Below, in pieces: positions 8,505 to 18,684 of a stretch of 37,619 nucleotides of DNA. Each line of letters begins with the position of its first letter. Within the stretch, counting starts at the first letter, position 1. Under the pieces are notes generated by a model. The model was not told the origin of the DNA and searched no databases. It worked only from the letters and a program-made list of their open reading frames with translations. This DNA comes from Acidimicrobiia bacterium (GTDB lineage: Bacteria > Actinomycetota > Acidimicrobiia > IMCC26256 > JACDBD01): assembly GCA_035316005.1 (NCBI GenBank), contig DATFXK010000017.1:1-37619 (forward strand), in the 5' to 3' direction. The translations under genes were made by a program, and so were the position numbers.

Positions 8505-9868
8505 GTCGCGTGCTGGTGCTCGGCCTCGGGGTCACCGGTGACGCCGTCGTGCGTCACCGCGCCGCCGCCGGTGACCACGTCGTCGTGGTCGAGGACGTGC
8601 CGTCCGGCGGCGAGGCATATCGCGACCGGGTCGCGGCGGCGGTCTCGGCCGGCTCCGAGATCGTCGAGCAGCCCACGCCCGCCCACCTGGCGGAGCTCGT
8701 GCACGAGACGGACACCGTCGTCCCGAGCCCCGGCGTCCCCCTCGGCCACCCGGCGCTTGTCGTCGCCCGCGAGGTCGGCGTCCCCGTCCGGGCCGAGGTC
8801 GACCTCGCCGCCGAGCTGGCCGCCGCCCGGGGGAAGATCCTCGTCGCCGTCACCGGCACGAACGGCAAGACCACGGTAACGACGCTCGTCACGGCGATGC
8901 TCGACAGCGCGAGCGGTGCCGCGCTCGGCGCCGGGAACATCGGCCTGCCGCTGCTCGATGCCGCCGACTCGGACGCCCGCGCGCTCGTCGCCGAGGTGTC
9001 GTCGTTCCAGCTGGCATGCACGACCGAGGCGTTCCGGCCGCGCGTGGCGGTGCTGCTGAACGTGGCACCCGACCACCTCGACTGGCACGGCTCGTTCGAT
9101 GCCTACGTCGCGGCGAAGGCGCGGGTGTTCGCGCATCAACGCGGTCGCGACCGGCTCGTGTTCAACGGTGACGACGAGATCGCGGCGCGCCTGGCGGACT
9201 CCGCGCCCGCACAGCGCGTGGGGTTCACGCTCGGCTCGCGAGACGACATGTTCCGGATCGCGGACGGCTTGCTCGTCGACTCGAACGGTGAGCCGTTCGC
9301 CGATGCCGCGCAGATGCCGTTCACCGCGCCGCACGACCGCGCCAACGCGCTCGCGGCCGCGGCCACCGCGTTCGCCGCCGGCGCGACGCGCGACGACGTC
9401 GAACGCGCGCTGCGCGCGTACCCGAGGCTCCACCACCGCGTCGCGCGCATCGGCAACACTGGTGGGGTGGAGTACTACGACGACTCCAAGGCCACGAACC
9501 CGCACGCGACCTTGTCGGCGGTCGGCGCGTTCGACGGCATCGACGGCAAGGTCGTGTTGATCGCCGGCGGGCGCAACAAGGGACTCGACCTTTCCGTACT
9601 GCGCGAGCGCGCGCCGCGCCTGCGCGGCGTCGTCGCGATCGGCGAGGCCGCGGGCGAAGTCCAGTCGGTGTTCGAGGGCGCGGTCCCGGTGACACCGGCG
9701 GGGTCGATGGGCGCCGCTGTGGCGGAGGCGGCGCGGAGCGCACAGGGCGGTGACGTCGTCCTGCTCTCGCCGGCGTGCGCGTCGTTCGACTGGTACCCGA
9801 GCTACTCGGCCCGCGGCAACGACTTCGCGCGTGAGGTTGCGCGCCTGAGCGAGCGGGGTGTGGCGTGA
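8501..9868 (+). CDS. murD: UDP-MurNAc-L-Ala:D-Glu ligase MurD
   Basis: GLGVTG, SPGV, GTNGKTT, GNIG, EVSSFQL, DHLDWH, DSKATN, LSPACASFD. TTG start overlaps the mraY stop. Confidence 0.95.
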   Translation: MSRVLVLGLGVTGDAVVRHRAAAGDHVVVVEDVPSGGEAYRDRVAAAVSAGSEIVEQPTPAHLAELVHETDTVVPSPGVPLGHPALVVAREVGVPVRAEVDLAAELAAARGKILVAVTGTNGKTTVTTLVTAMLDSASGAALGAGNIGLPLLDAADSDARALVAEVSSFQLACTTEAFRPRVAVLLNVAPDHLDWHGSFDAYVAAKARVFAHQRGRDRLVFNGDDEIAARLADSAPAQRVGFTLGSRDDMFRIADGLLVDSNGEPFADAAQMPFTAPHDRANALAAAATAFAAGATRDDVERALRAYPRLHHRVARIGNTGGVEYYDDSKATNPHATLSAVGAFDGIDGKVVLIAGGRNKGLDLSVLRERAPRLRGVVAIGEAAGEVQSVFEGAVPVTPAGSMGAAVAEAARSAQGGDVVLLSPACASFDWYPSYSARGNDFAREVARLSERGVA

Positions 9869-11013
9869 CGGCGGCGACCGCGACCTTCGGTGCCCTGCGC
9901 CAACGGTGGGTCAGCGCGGGCGCGTCCCGTCCGCCGAACTACCTGCTGTTGGTGGCTACGGTCGGCGTGCTCAACGTGGTCGGCGGCGTGATGGTGCTGT
10001 CGGCATCGTCGGTCTCCTCGCTGACCGACTACGGGTCGGCCTGGTACTTCTTCGAGCGCCAGGTCGCCTGGATCGTGGTCGCGGCGGTCGCCTTCATGGT
10101 GATGGCCCGGATCGACTACCACGCCTGGCGCAAGGCCGTCCGCCCGCTTCTCGTCATCAGCCTGGTGCTCCTCGTCGCCGTCCTCGTCCCCGGCATCGGC
10201 GTCGAGGTGGCCGGGTCGCGCCGCTGGCTCGGCACCGGGATGCTCCGGTTCCAGCCGACCGAGATCGCCAAGCTGGCGCTCCTCGTGTACGCCGCCGACC
10301 TGCTCGCCCGGCGGACCAAGGACCTCCACGACTGGCGGCGGGTGCTGCGCCCGGTCCTGATCGTGCTCGCCGTGATCGGGGCGCTCGTCGTCCGCGAGCC
10401 CGATCTCGACTCGACGATCGTGCTGGGCCTGATCGCGTTCGCCGTACTCGCCGCGGGCGGCGTGCGCCTGCGCCACCTGACCCTCGTCGGGGGGACGGCG
10501 GTGGTCGCGGGCACGATCCTCGCGCTGGTCGAGCCGTACCGGCGTGCACGTGTGTTCGCGTTCCTGCACCCATCGTCGGACGCGTCCAACGCGGGCTACC
10601 AGATCTCGCAGTCACTGATCGCGATCGGCAGCGGCGGTTGGACCGGTGTCGGGCTCGGCGCCGGCCGCGCCAAGTGGCTCTTCCTGCCCAACGCCCACAC
10701 CGACTTCATCTTCGCGATCATCGGCGAGGAGCTCGGCTTCTTCGGATGCCTGCTCGTGGTGGGCTTGTTCATCGCGTTCGCAGTCCTCGGGACGCGCACC
10801 GCGTTTCGCGCTCCCGACCGCTTCGGGATGCTGTTGGCGGCCGGCATCACAGCGTGGGTCGTGGGACAGGCCGCGATCAACATTGGCGCGGTCATCGGCC
10901 TGTTGCCCGTCTCGGGGATCCCGCTCCCGTTCATCTCGTTCGGCGGCTCCGCCCTCGTGTTCACGATGGTGGCGGCGGGCATCCTCGGGAACGTCGCCCG
11001 CCAGGCGCGGTGA
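9865..11013 (+). CDS. ftsW: SEDS peptidoglycan polymerase FtsW
   Basis: GSRRW, FQPTEIAK, EPD, GYQ, LPNAHTDFIFAIIGEELG, GIPLPFISFGGS. Confidence 0.95.
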   Translation: MTAATATFGALRQRWVSAGASRPPNYLLLVATVGVLNVVGGVMVLSASSVSSLTDYGSAWYFFERQVAWIVVAAVAFMVMARIDYHAWRKAVRPLLVISLVLLVAVLVPGIGVEVAGSRRWLGTGMLRFQPTEIAKLALLVYAADLLARRTKDLHDWRRVLRPVLIVLAVIGALVVREPDLDSTIVLGLIAFAVLAAGGVRLRHLTLVGGTAVVAGTILALVEPYRRARVFAFLHPSSDASNAGYQISQSLIAIGSGGWTGVGLGAGRAKWLFLPNAHTDFIFAIIGEELGFFGCLLVVGLFIAFAVLGTRTAFRAPDRFGMLLAAGITAWVVGQAAINIGAVIGLLPVSGIPLPFISFGGSALVFTMVAAGILGNVARQAR

Positions 11014-12116
11014 CGCCGGCGGGGGACGGCGAGGTCTTCGCGGTGATCACCGGCGGCGGGACGGGGGGCCACGTGTACCCGGCCCTCGCGCTCGCGAACG
11101 AGCTCGTCGCACGCGGGCACGCCCGTGACACGATCCGGTTCGTGGGCGCGCGGCGCGGGCTCGAAGCGCGCGTCGTACCCGAAGCGGGCTACACGATCGA
11201 CCTGTTGCCCGGGCGCGGGTTCCGGCGCCGGCTGGCGGCTGCGAACGTGGGCGCCGCCTGGGACAACCTGCGCGCCCTGGTGCAGGCGCGGGGCATCATG
11301 GCGCGCGCGCAGCCCGACGTCGTCGTGGGTGTCGGCGGCTACGCGTCGCTGCCGTCCCTCGTGGCGGCGCGCATGCGACGCATCCCGGCGGTGGTGCACG
11401 AGCAGAATGCCGCCCCCGGCCTCGTCAACCGGATCGCCGTGCGCCTGGGCGCCCGGGCGGCGGTGTCGCTCCCGGGGACGCCGCTCCGGGGCGCGGTGCT
11501 CACGGGCAACCCGGTGCGGGGCGAGGTCGCGGCGGTGCGGCGCCGGCCCGACCCGTCACGCCCGCTCGTCACCGTCTTCGGCGGGAGCCTGGGCGCCGGC
11601 ACGATCAACGACGCCGCGCTGGGCCTGTACGAGCGGTGGCGGGACCGAGCCGACGTCGCTGTGCACCACGTCACCGGTTCCCGCAACTACGAGGCGTGCT
11701 CGGCCCGGTTGGCGGCCGTTCGCCGACCCTCCGACCGGCTCGACTACGAGCTGGTGGGCTACGAAGAGCACATGGAACGGCTCTACGCCCGCACGTCGGT
11801 CGCCGTGTGCCGCGCCGGCGCGATCACGGTCGCCGAGCTGGCCGCCGCCGGCGTGCCGGCCGTGCTCGTGCCCCTCCCGGGCGCGCCCGGCGACCACCAG
11901 ACCCGCAACGCGGAGGCGCTCGTCGACGCGGGCGCGGCCATCATCGTGCCCGACGCCGACTGCGACGCGGCCCGCGTCGATACCGAGCTGGGCGGGCTGC
12001 TCTCCCACGCCCCCCGTCTCGAGGCGATGGGCGCCGCCGCGCGCACGGTGGGCCGGCCGGACGCCGCCGCCCGCCTGGCGGACATGGTCGAGGAGGCTGC
12101 CCGTGACCGTCGATGA
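11010..12116 (+). CDS. murG: Lipid II GlcNAc transferase MurG
   Basis: GGGTGGHVYP, GGYAS, HEQN, GNPVR, GGSLGA, RAGA, HQTRNA. GTG 11010 is coupled to the ftsW stop (the track ORF is over-extended). Confidence 0.96.
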   Translation: MTPAGDGEVFAVITGGGTGGHVYPALALANELVARGHARDTIRFVGARRGLEARVVPEAGYTIDLLPGRGFRRRLAAANVGAAWDNLRALVQARGIMARAQPDVVVGVGGYASLPSLVAARMRRIPAVVHEQNAAPGLVNRIAVRLGARAAVSLPGTPLRGAVLTGNPVRGEVAAVRRRPDPSRPLVTVFGGSLGAGTINDAALGLYERWRDRADVAVHHVTGSRNYEACSARLAAVRRPSDRLDYELVGYEEHMERLYARTSVAVCRAGAITVAELAAAGVPAVLVPLPGAPGDHQTRNAEALVDAGAAIIVPDADCDAARVDTELGGLLSHAPRLEAMGAAARTVGRPDAAARLADMVEEAARDRR

Positions 12117-13500
12117 CACGCGGCGTGAGCTGGACCTCTCCGCGCCGCGGCGTGTGCACGTCGTCGGAGTGGGAGGCGCGGGGATGAGCGCGATCGCGAC
12201 GGTCCTCGCCCGCATGGGCCACCGCGTGACCGGCTCCGACCTCAAAGAGTCACGCGGGCTCGAGCGGCTCCGCCTGCTCGGTGTGCGGGCCGACGTCGGC
12301 CATCGCGCCGAGAACATCCCCGCCGACGTGGACGCCGTGGTCGTCTCGACCGCGATCCCGGAGACGAACATCGAGGTCCGCGCCGCCGTCGAGCGCGGCG
12401 TGCCCGTGCTCCGCCGTGCCGACGCGCTGCGCGCCCTCACCGCGACCCGACGGACGATCGCCGTCGCCGGCAGCCACGGCAAGACGACGACGTCGTCGAT
12501 GCTCGCGCTGATCCTGCGTGCCGCCGGCTGGCGCCCGAGCTTCATCATCGGCGGCGATCTCAACGAGGTCGGGTCGAACGCCGCCTACGACGACGGCGAG
12601 TGGCTCGTGGTCGAGGCCGACGAGAGCGACGGGACGTTCCTGGAACTCGCGCCCGAAGCCGGCATCGTCACGAACGTCGAGCCCGATCATCTCGACCACT
12701 ACGGCGGGTTCAGGGACCTCACCGCCGCGTTCGAGCGGTTCTTCGCCGGGATCCCCGGCGCCCGCGTGGTGTGTGCCGACGACCCGCTGACGCGAGCGCT
12801 CGCGCGCACGGACGCCGGCGCCGCGTCGTACGGCTTCGACGCCGACGCCACGTACCGGATCGTGTCGTACGAGGGCGACCGCAGCGGAAGCCGTTTCCGC
12901 GTCCTGCACGACGGGCGCGAGCTCGGCGCCGTCGAGCTCCCCGTGCCCGGACGGCACAACGCCGCCAACGCGACCGGAGCCATCGCGCTCGCGCTCGAGC
13001 TCGGCGCGCCGTTCGAAGCCGCCGTCGAGGCGATGCGCGGGTTCGGGGGCGTCGCACGCCGGTTCCAGTTCCGCGGCGAGATCGGCGGCGTCACCCTCGT
13101 CGACGACTACGCGCACATCCCCGGCGAGATCTCGGCGATGATCGACGCGGCGCGTGAAGGCGGATGGCGACGGGTGATCGTCGTCTTCCAACCCCACCGC
13201 TACACCCGCACCGCCCGGCTCTGGCGTGACTTCGCCGACGCGTTCACGGGTGCCGACCAGGTCGTGCTCACCGATGTCTACGCCGCCAACGAGACGCCGC
13301 AGCCGGGGATCTCGGGCCGCCTCATCCTCGGTGCGGTGCTCGACGCGCATCCCGCCCTGCCCGTCGTCTACCTGCCCCGGCGCACCGACGTCGTGCAGCA
13401 CGCGCTCCGCCTCGCCCGTCCGGGCGACGTGGTGCTCACGCTCGGCGCCGGCGACCTCACCACCGTGCCCGACGAGTGGCTGATGCAGGCCGCGTCGTGA
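12103..13500 (+). CDS. murC: UDP-MurNAc:L-Ala ligase MurC
   Basis: GVGGAGMS, GSHGKTTT, EADESD, DHLD, RRF, DDYAH, FQPHRYTR, TLGAG. GTG 12103 follows GAGGAGG. Confidence 0.96.
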   Translation: MTVDDTRRELDLSAPRRVHVVGVGGAGMSAIATVLARMGHRVTGSDLKESRGLERLRLLGVRADVGHRAENIPADVDAVVVSTAIPETNIEVRAAVERGVPVLRRADALRALTATRRTIAVAGSHGKTTTSSMLALILRAAGWRPSFIIGGDLNEVGSNAAYDDGEWLVVEADESDGTFLELAPEAGIVTNVEPDHLDHYGGFRDLTAAFERFFAGIPGARVVCADDPLTRALARTDAGAASYGFDADATYRIVSYEGDRSGSRFRVLHDGRELGAVELPVPGRHNAANATGAIALALELGAPFEAAVEAMRGFGGVARRFQFRGEIGGVTLVDDYAHIPGEISAMIDAAREGGWRRVIVVFQPHRYTRTARLWRDFADAFTGADQVVLTDVYAANETPQPGISGRLILGAVLDAHPALPVVYLPRRTDVVQHALRLARPGDVVLTLGAGDLTTVPDEWLMQAAS

Positions 13501-14459
13501 GCACGTCCGCCGAACTCGCTTCGCTCGCGGGTGACCTGCGCGACCGCCTACCGGACGCCACCACCGAGGGCACGTCGTTCGCCGAGCTGAGCACCTACCG
13601 CGTCGGCGGTCGCGTCGCGGTGCTGGTGCGCGCGAAGGACGTCGACGCCCTCGCCGCCGTCGCCGAGGTGGCGCGTCGACATCGGCCCCGTCTGCTCGTG
13701 ATCGGACGCGGTTCCAACCTGCTCATGTCGGATGTCGGCTTCTCCGGCCTGGTTGTGGTGCTCGAAGGCGAGTTCGAGGCGATCGAGCTGCCTGCCGGCG
13801 GAGCCGGCGAGAAGACGTTGCTCCGCGCCGGCGGTGCCGTGCCCCTGCCCGTGCTGGCCCGCCGGGCGGCGGCCGCCGGTCTCGCCGGCGTCGAGTTCTT
13901 CGTCGGGATCCCCGGTTCGGTCGGGGGCGCGGTGCGCATGAACGCGGGCGGGCACGGCCGCGAGACCGTCGAGGTCCTGCACCAGGCCTGGGTCGTCGAT
14001 CTCCTGGACGGCGCCGGAGAGGCCGCGGCGCGGGCCCGGAAGGCCGAGGACCTCGATCTCGGCTACCGCCACTCGAACCTCCGCGCCAGCGAGGTCGTCA
14101 CCGCGGCCGAGTTCGAGGTGACGCCCGGCGAGACCGAGGCCTGCGAGGCCCGCGTCGCCGAGATCGTGCGCTGGCGGCGCGAACACCAGCCGGGAGGCCA
14201 GAACGCGGGCTCGGTGTTCCGCAACCCGCCCGGCGACAGCGCCGGGCGCCTCATCGACGCCGCCGGGCTCAAGGGGCTGCGCGTCGGCGGGGCGGTGGTG
14301 TCCGACAAGCACGCCAACTTCTTCCAGGCCGAGGCGGGCGCGACCGCTCGCGACGTCATCGACCTCGTGGCCGAGGTCCAGCGACGCGTGGCGGAGTCCA
14401 CCGGCGTCGAGCTCGTTCCCGAGCTGCACGTCGTCGGGGACGACGCGGGGTCACCATGA
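13497..14459 (+). CDS. murB: UDP-N-acetylenolpyruvoylglucosamine reductase MurB
   Basis: GRGSNLL, GIPGSVGGAVRMNAG, YRHS, NAGSVFRNP, HANF. Confidence 0.95.
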   Translation: MSTSAELASLAGDLRDRLPDATTEGTSFAELSTYRVGGRVAVLVRAKDVDALAAVAEVARRHRPRLLVIGRGSNLLMSDVGFSGLVVVLEGEFEAIELPAGGAGEKTLLRAGGAVPLPVLARRAAAAGLAGVEFFVGIPGSVGGAVRMNAGGHGRETVEVLHQAWVVDLLDGAGEAAARARKAEDLDLGYRHSNLRASEVVTAAEFEVTPGETEACEARVAEIVRWRREHQPGGQNAGSVFRNPPGDSAGRLIDAAGLKGLRVGGAVVSDKHANFFQAEAGATARDVIDLVAEVQRRVAESTGVELVPELHVVGDDAGSP

Positions 14460-15247
14460 CGACGAAGATGCGTTCGCGGACCGCGGCTGCGCCCCGCCCG
14501 GCGTCGAAGGCGATCGACCCGCGCATCCGGGAACGGCGCGTCGCAGTGTTGCGGGCCCAAGGTCGACGTCGCCTCCGGTGGATGGTCGGGGTCGTCGTGC
14601 TCGCGGCGCTGGCGGCGGCGGCGTGGGCCGTCACCCATTCGTCCCTGCTCGACGTCGAGCGCGTGCGCGTCACCGGGACGCAACAGGCGACGCCGGCCCA
14701 GGTGCGCTTCGCCGCCGGCGTCAAGCCCGGCGACGCGATCCTCTTCGTCGACACGGGCGCGATCGCCCGGAACGTCGAACGGGTCGCTTGGATCGACAAG
14801 GCACGCGTCGAGCGCAGTCTCGGGGGAGAGGTCGACATCAACGTCACCGAACGCCGCCCGGCGGCATTTGTCCGGCGCGCGCCGGACCGGGTCGCGCTCG
14901 TCGACGCGCGGGGGCGGGTACTCGCCGACGCCGCCCAGCCGCCGCCGAACCTGCCCGAGATCACCGGCCTGCGGGCCGTCCCCGAATTCGGCCGCGACGT
15001 CGCCCCGGTGGCGGCGGCCCGCGTGCTCGAGCAGCTTCCGCCGGCGCTGGGCTTGCGGACGACCCGCGTGACCGTCGCCAACGAGGATGTCACCCTCGCG
15101 TTGCGCGACGGGCCCGAGGTCCGTCTCGGGATGCCGCGGCGCGTCGCGGAGAAGGCCCGCGCTGCCGTCGCGGTGATCACGTCCACCGCCGCCGCCCCGC
15201 CCCGCTACATCGACGTGCGCGTTCCGGGCGCGCCCGTCGCCGGATGA
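14456..15247 (+). CDS. ftsQ: Cell division protein FtsQ/DivIB
   Basis: IDPRIRERR N-tail, TM helix, POTRA-like segment (VTERRP), C-terminal YIDVRVP; directly upstream of ftsZ. Confidence 0.88.
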   Translation: MTTKMRSRTAAAPRPASKAIDPRIRERRVAVLRAQGRRRLRWMVGVVVLAALAAAAWAVTHSSLLDVERVRVTGTQQATPAQVRFAAGVKPGDAILFVDTGAIARNVERVAWIDKARVERSLGGEVDINVTERRPAAFVRRAPDRVALVDARGRVLADAAQPPPNLPEITGLRAVPEFGRDVAPVAAARVLEQLPPALGLRTTRVTVANEDVTLALRDGPEVRLGMPRRVAEKARAAVAVITSTAAAPPRYIDVRVPGAPVAG

Positions 15248-15487
15248 CCGGATCGCGCCGCCTCGCGCGAGCGCGTTGCTCGTGGGGTTCGTGTCAGCTA
15301 CCGTTTCGCCGGCGACTGGGGTTGACATCACCGTCGATCCCGGCGCCGAACCACAAGGTTTCTCCGGGCCGTTGTGACCTGCGAGAATGCACCAACCCCC
15401 GGTGGGGCCGTGGGCGGGCCTCGGCGACGCGAAGCCGGAGGGTCAGACCCGTCCGACACGCGCCGAGCGAAGAGCAAAGAGGCCGAC

Positions 15488-16579
15488 ATGCTGCATGACG
15501 TGCAGAACTACTTGGCCGTGATCAAGGTCATCGGGGTCGGGGGCGGTGGCTGCAACGCGGTCAACCGCATGATCGACGCGGGCCTCAAGGGCGTGGAGTT
15601 CATCGCCGTGAACACCGATGCCCAGGCCCTGCTCATGAGCGACGCCGACGTGAAGCTCGACGTCGGACGCGAGCGCACGCGCGGCCTCGGTGCCGGCTCG
15701 GACCCCGAGGTGGGACGCGAAGCCTCCGAGGAGCACCGCGACGAGATCGAAGAGGTGCTCAAGGGCGCCGACATGATCTTCATCGCCGCCGGCGAAGGCG
15801 GCGGCACGGGCACCGGCGGAGCGCCGATCATCGCCGAGATCGCCCGCAGCGTCGGTGCCCTCACGATCGGGATCGTTACCCGTCCGTTCACCTTCGAAGG
15901 TCGACGTCGCGCCATCCAGGCGCAGAACGGCGTCGAGTGGCTCAAGGGCAAGCTCGACACGCTCATCGTGATCCCGAACGACCGCCTGCTCCAGCTGTCC
16001 GACGAGCACACCTCGATGCTGAACGCGTTCAAGATGTGCGACGAGGTGCTGCTGCAGGGCGTGCAGGGCATCGCCGACCTGATCACGACCCCCGGCTTGA
16101 TCAACACCGACTTCGCCGACGTGCGCATGATCATGAAGGACGCCGGGACCGCCCTCATGGGCATCGGCTACGCGTCGGGCGAGGGCCGGGCGATCAGCGC
16201 TGCTCGCGCGGCCATGGCGAGCCCCCTGCTGGAGGCGAGCATCGAGGGCGCCCGCGGCCTCCTCCTCAACGTCTCCGGGCCATCGGACCTCGGATTGTTC
16301 GAGGTCAACGAGGCCGCCGAGATCGTCTGCCAGTCGGCACACCCGGACGCCAACATCATCTTCGGCGCCGTCATCGACGACGCCCTCGGGGACGAGGTCC
16401 GCATCACCGTGATCGCCGCCGGCTTCGATCGGTACGAGGGCGAGCGGAACCGCCGCCGCGCCGCCGACCTCCGGTCGCAGCCGCTCGGGCTGCAGGAGGA
16501 GGAGGACGCGGCCCTCACCCGGGCCCGCGACGACCTCGACTTCGACGACGACTTCGACGTCCCCGAGTTCCTGAAGTAG
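15488..16579 (+). CDS. ftsZ: Cell division GTPase FtsZ
   Basis: [37 protein letters not shown]-terminal DVPEFLK. Start set to ATG 15488. Confidence 0.99.
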   Translation: MLHDVQNYLAVIKVIGVGGGGCNAVNRMIDAGLKGVEFIAVNTDAQALLMSDADVKLDVGRERTRGLGAGSDPEVGREASEEHRDEIEEVLKGADMIFIAAGEGGGTGTGGAPIIAEIARSVGALTIGIVTRPFTFEGRRRAIQAQNGVEWLKGKLDTLIVIPNDRLLQLSDEHTSMLNAFKMCDEVLLQGVQGIADLITTPGLINTDFADVRMIMKDAGTALMGIGYASGEGRAISAARAAMASPLLEASIEGARGLLLNVSGPSDLGLFEVNEAAEIVCQSAHPDANIIFGAVIDDALGDEVRITVIAAGFDRYEGERNRRRAADLRSQPLGLQEEEDAALTRARDDLDFDDDFDVPEFLK

Positions 16580-16595
16580 GGCCGCGGGCGGGCCC

Positions 16596-17315
16596 TTGGG
16601 GCACATCGCGCTCGAGGTCGACGCGGCGCGCATCGCGTTCACGGACCGGCACGACGGCGTGTCGCTCGCGCCCTACGACACCGCCAACCTCGGCTTCGCG
16701 ACCGGCGACGACCCCGCCGCGGTGGCGGAGAACCGCCGCCGCGCCGCGCACACTGTGACCGGTGCGCCCGACGCGCGGCATTGGGCCTGGGTACGCCAGG
16801 TGCACGGTGGACGCGTGGTCGACGTCGCCGGGCCGGGTGGTGGCGGCGACGCCGACGCGCTCGTCACCACCAAGGGGGACGTCTCGCTCGTCGTGCTGGT
16901 CGCGGACTGCGCGCCGATCGCCCTCGTCGCCGGTGACGCCGTGGCCGCCGTCCACTGCGGGTGGCGAGGATTGACCGCGGGCGTGATCGCCGCCGCCGTC
17001 CACGCCACCCGCGAGCGGGGCGGCGCGCCCGTCCGGGCCGTCATCGGCCCCTGCATCTCCCCGGCGCGCTACGAGTTCGGCGTCGAGGAGCTCGACCAGG
17101 TGACGCATCGGGTCGGCCCGGTCGTTCGGTCCCGCACGAAGGCGGGAGCCCCGGCGCTCGACCTGCGCGCCGGCGTCGGCGCCGCGCTCGCCGCCGCCGG
17201 CGTGGCCGATCGCACCGACGTCGACGTGTGCACGTACGAGTCGGCCGACCACTTCTCCCATCGTCGCGACGGCGTCACCGGCCGTCAGGCGTTGATCGTG
17301 ACGCGCGGATCGTGA
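16596..17315 (+). CDS. pgeF: PgeF/YfiH family peptidoglycan editing factor / purine nucleoside phosphorylase
   Basis: QVHG, ADAL, ADCAPI, HCGWRG, IGPCI, FSHRR, GRQ; position after ftsZ. Confidence 0.9.
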   Translation: MGHIALEVDAARIAFTDRHDGVSLAPYDTANLGFATGDDPAAVAENRRRAAHTVTGAPDARHWAWVRQVHGGRVVDVAGPGGGGDADALVTTKGDVSLVVLVADCAPIALVAGDAVAAVHCGWRGLTAGVIAAAVHATRERGGAPVRAVIGPCISPARYEFGVEELDQVTHRVGPVVRSRTKAGAPALDLRAGVGAALAAAGVADRTDVDVCTYESADHFSHRRDGVTGRQALIVTRGS

Positions 17316-17968
17316 GTGACGTCGCGGCCGCGCTCGCCGAGGTCCGCGAGCGGATCGCCGCCGCGGCGCGCGGCGCGGGCCGCGACCCGGACGCCGTGCG
17401 CCTCGTCGCCGCCACGAAGACGGTGCCGGCCGAGCGCGTGGCGGAGGCGGTCGCGCTCGGCGTCACCGACATCGGGGAGAACCGCGCCCAGGAGCTGATC
17501 GCCAAGGCCGACGCCCTCGATGAGCTCGTCCCGACGGCGGCGGCGTCCTGGCACTTCCTGGGACGCCTCCAGCGCAACAAGGTGCGGAGCCTCGCGGCTC
17601 GGGTCGCGTGGTGGCAGTCCGTCGACCGCGATCCACTCGGCACCGCGATCGCCCGGCACGCGCCAGGGGCGCGCGTGCTCGTCGAGGTCAACCTGGCCGG
17701 CGAGCCGCAGAAGGGGGGATGCGCGCCGGCCGACGCTGCCCGCCTCGTCGACGCGTTCCGGCAGGCGGGTCTGCACGTCGAGGGGCTCATGACGATCCCA
17801 CCCGCGGGCGACGACCCGAGACCGTGGTTCGCGGCGCTGCGCGCGCTCGCGGGCGCCCTCGGTGTTTACGAGCTCTCGATGGGCATGACCGACGACTTCG
17901 AGGCGGCCGTCGCCGAGGGCGCGACGATGGTCCGAATCGGACGGGCGATCTTCGGGGCCAGGGCCTGA
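17312..17968 (+). CDS. yggS: PLP homeostasis protein YggS
   Basis: VAATK, GENRAQE, WHFLGRLQRNK, GLMTIP, LSMGMTDDFE, VRIGRAIFG; GTGA coupling. Confidence 0.94.
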   Translation: MSDVAAALAEVRERIAAAARGAGRDPDAVRLVAATKTVPAERVAEAVALGVTDIGENRAQELIAKADALDELVPTAAASWHFLGRLQRNKVRSLAARVAWWQSVDRDPLGTAIARHAPGARVLVEVNLAGEPQKGGCAPADAARLVDAFRQAGLHVEGLMTIPPAGDDPRPWFAALRALAGALGVYELSMGMTDDFEAAVAEGATMVRIGRAIFGARA

Positions 17969-18033
17969 TCGGTAGCCCGTCGCCGGTCGCGGGCGCCCGA
18001 GGTGCTTGCCACGATCCCGGCGCAGGGCGACAG

Positions 18034-18056
18034 TAGGCTCTGAAGGACGGGGAGGT
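18034..18056 (+). promoter_or_regulatory. Candidate -10 (TAGGCT) and RBS (GGAGGT) for sepF
   Basis: TAGGCT at 18034-18039 and GGAGGT at 18051-18056 in the 98-bp gap. Confidence 0.45.
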
Positions 18057-18066
18057 AGCCGGACCC

Positions 18067-18681
18067 GTGGCTTCTATGTGGCGTCGAGCGATGGTGTACC
18101 TAGGGCTCCAGGACGACGAGGAGTTCGACTGGGACGCCGACTACGCCGACTACGACGAGTACGACGACGAGGACGCGAGCACCGCGCCCGCGCGCGAGCG
18201 TGAACGCGCGCACGCCCGCGCGCAGCCGCGCGACACGTCCGAGGTGCGCTCGCTGCACGGCGACCCGCGAAACGGCGACCCGCTCCACGAGGCGGTCCAG
18301 CCCCCTCCGACCGCGCGCAACGACTCGGGGTTGGTGCGGCCCGTACCCCGTGAGGAGCCGTCGTCGCTGGTGGCGCCGAGGCCACCGGTGATGCGACACC
18401 AGTCGTCCTCGCCGGTGCACGTGGTGGAGCCGGGCGGCTTCAACGACGCGCAGGAGCTCGGCGACCGCCTGAAGGCGAATCAGGCCGTCGTCCTCAACCT
18501 CCGCGGGCTCGATCGGGACCTCCAGCGTCGCCTCATCGACTTCTCGAGCGGTCTCGCGTACGCGGTGGGCGGGACGATGCGGAAAGTGGACGACCAGGTG
18601 TTCCTCTTGACCCCGACGAGCGTCGAGGTCTCGGAGGAGGACAAGGAGCGGCTGCAGGCGCGCGGCCTGTTTCGGGCCTGA
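18067..18681 (+). CDS. sepF: Cell division protein SepF
   Basis: N-terminal amphipathic MWRRAMVYLGL, acidic linker, FNDAQ..RRLIDFSSGL..VFLLTP. Confidence 0.95.
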   Translation: MASMWRRAMVYLGLQDDEEFDWDADYADYDEYDDEDASTAPARERERAHARAQPRDTSEVRSLHGDPRNGDPLHEAVQPPPTARNDSGLVRPVPREEPSSLVAPRPPVMRHQSSSPVHVVEPGGFNDAQELGDRLKANQAVVLNLRGLDRDLQRRLIDFSSGLAYAVGGTMRKVDDQVFLLTPTSVEVSEEDKERLQARGLFRA

Positions 18682-18684
18682 CGA

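Noticed and set aside
9858-13500. Apparent giant MurG (752 aa) and MurC (791 aa) fusions in the ORF track
   Set aside because: The extensions overlap ftsW and murG in other frames. True starts are GTG 11010 and GTG 12103 with coupling or RBS support
16578-16597. AGGGCC/GGCCCT hairpin after ftsZ as a terminator
   Set aside because: Only a 6-bp stem with no U tract, overlapping the pgeF start; expected by chance at this GC content
18115-18175. GAC/TAC short tandem repeats
   Set aside because: They encode the ordinary acidic linker of SepF
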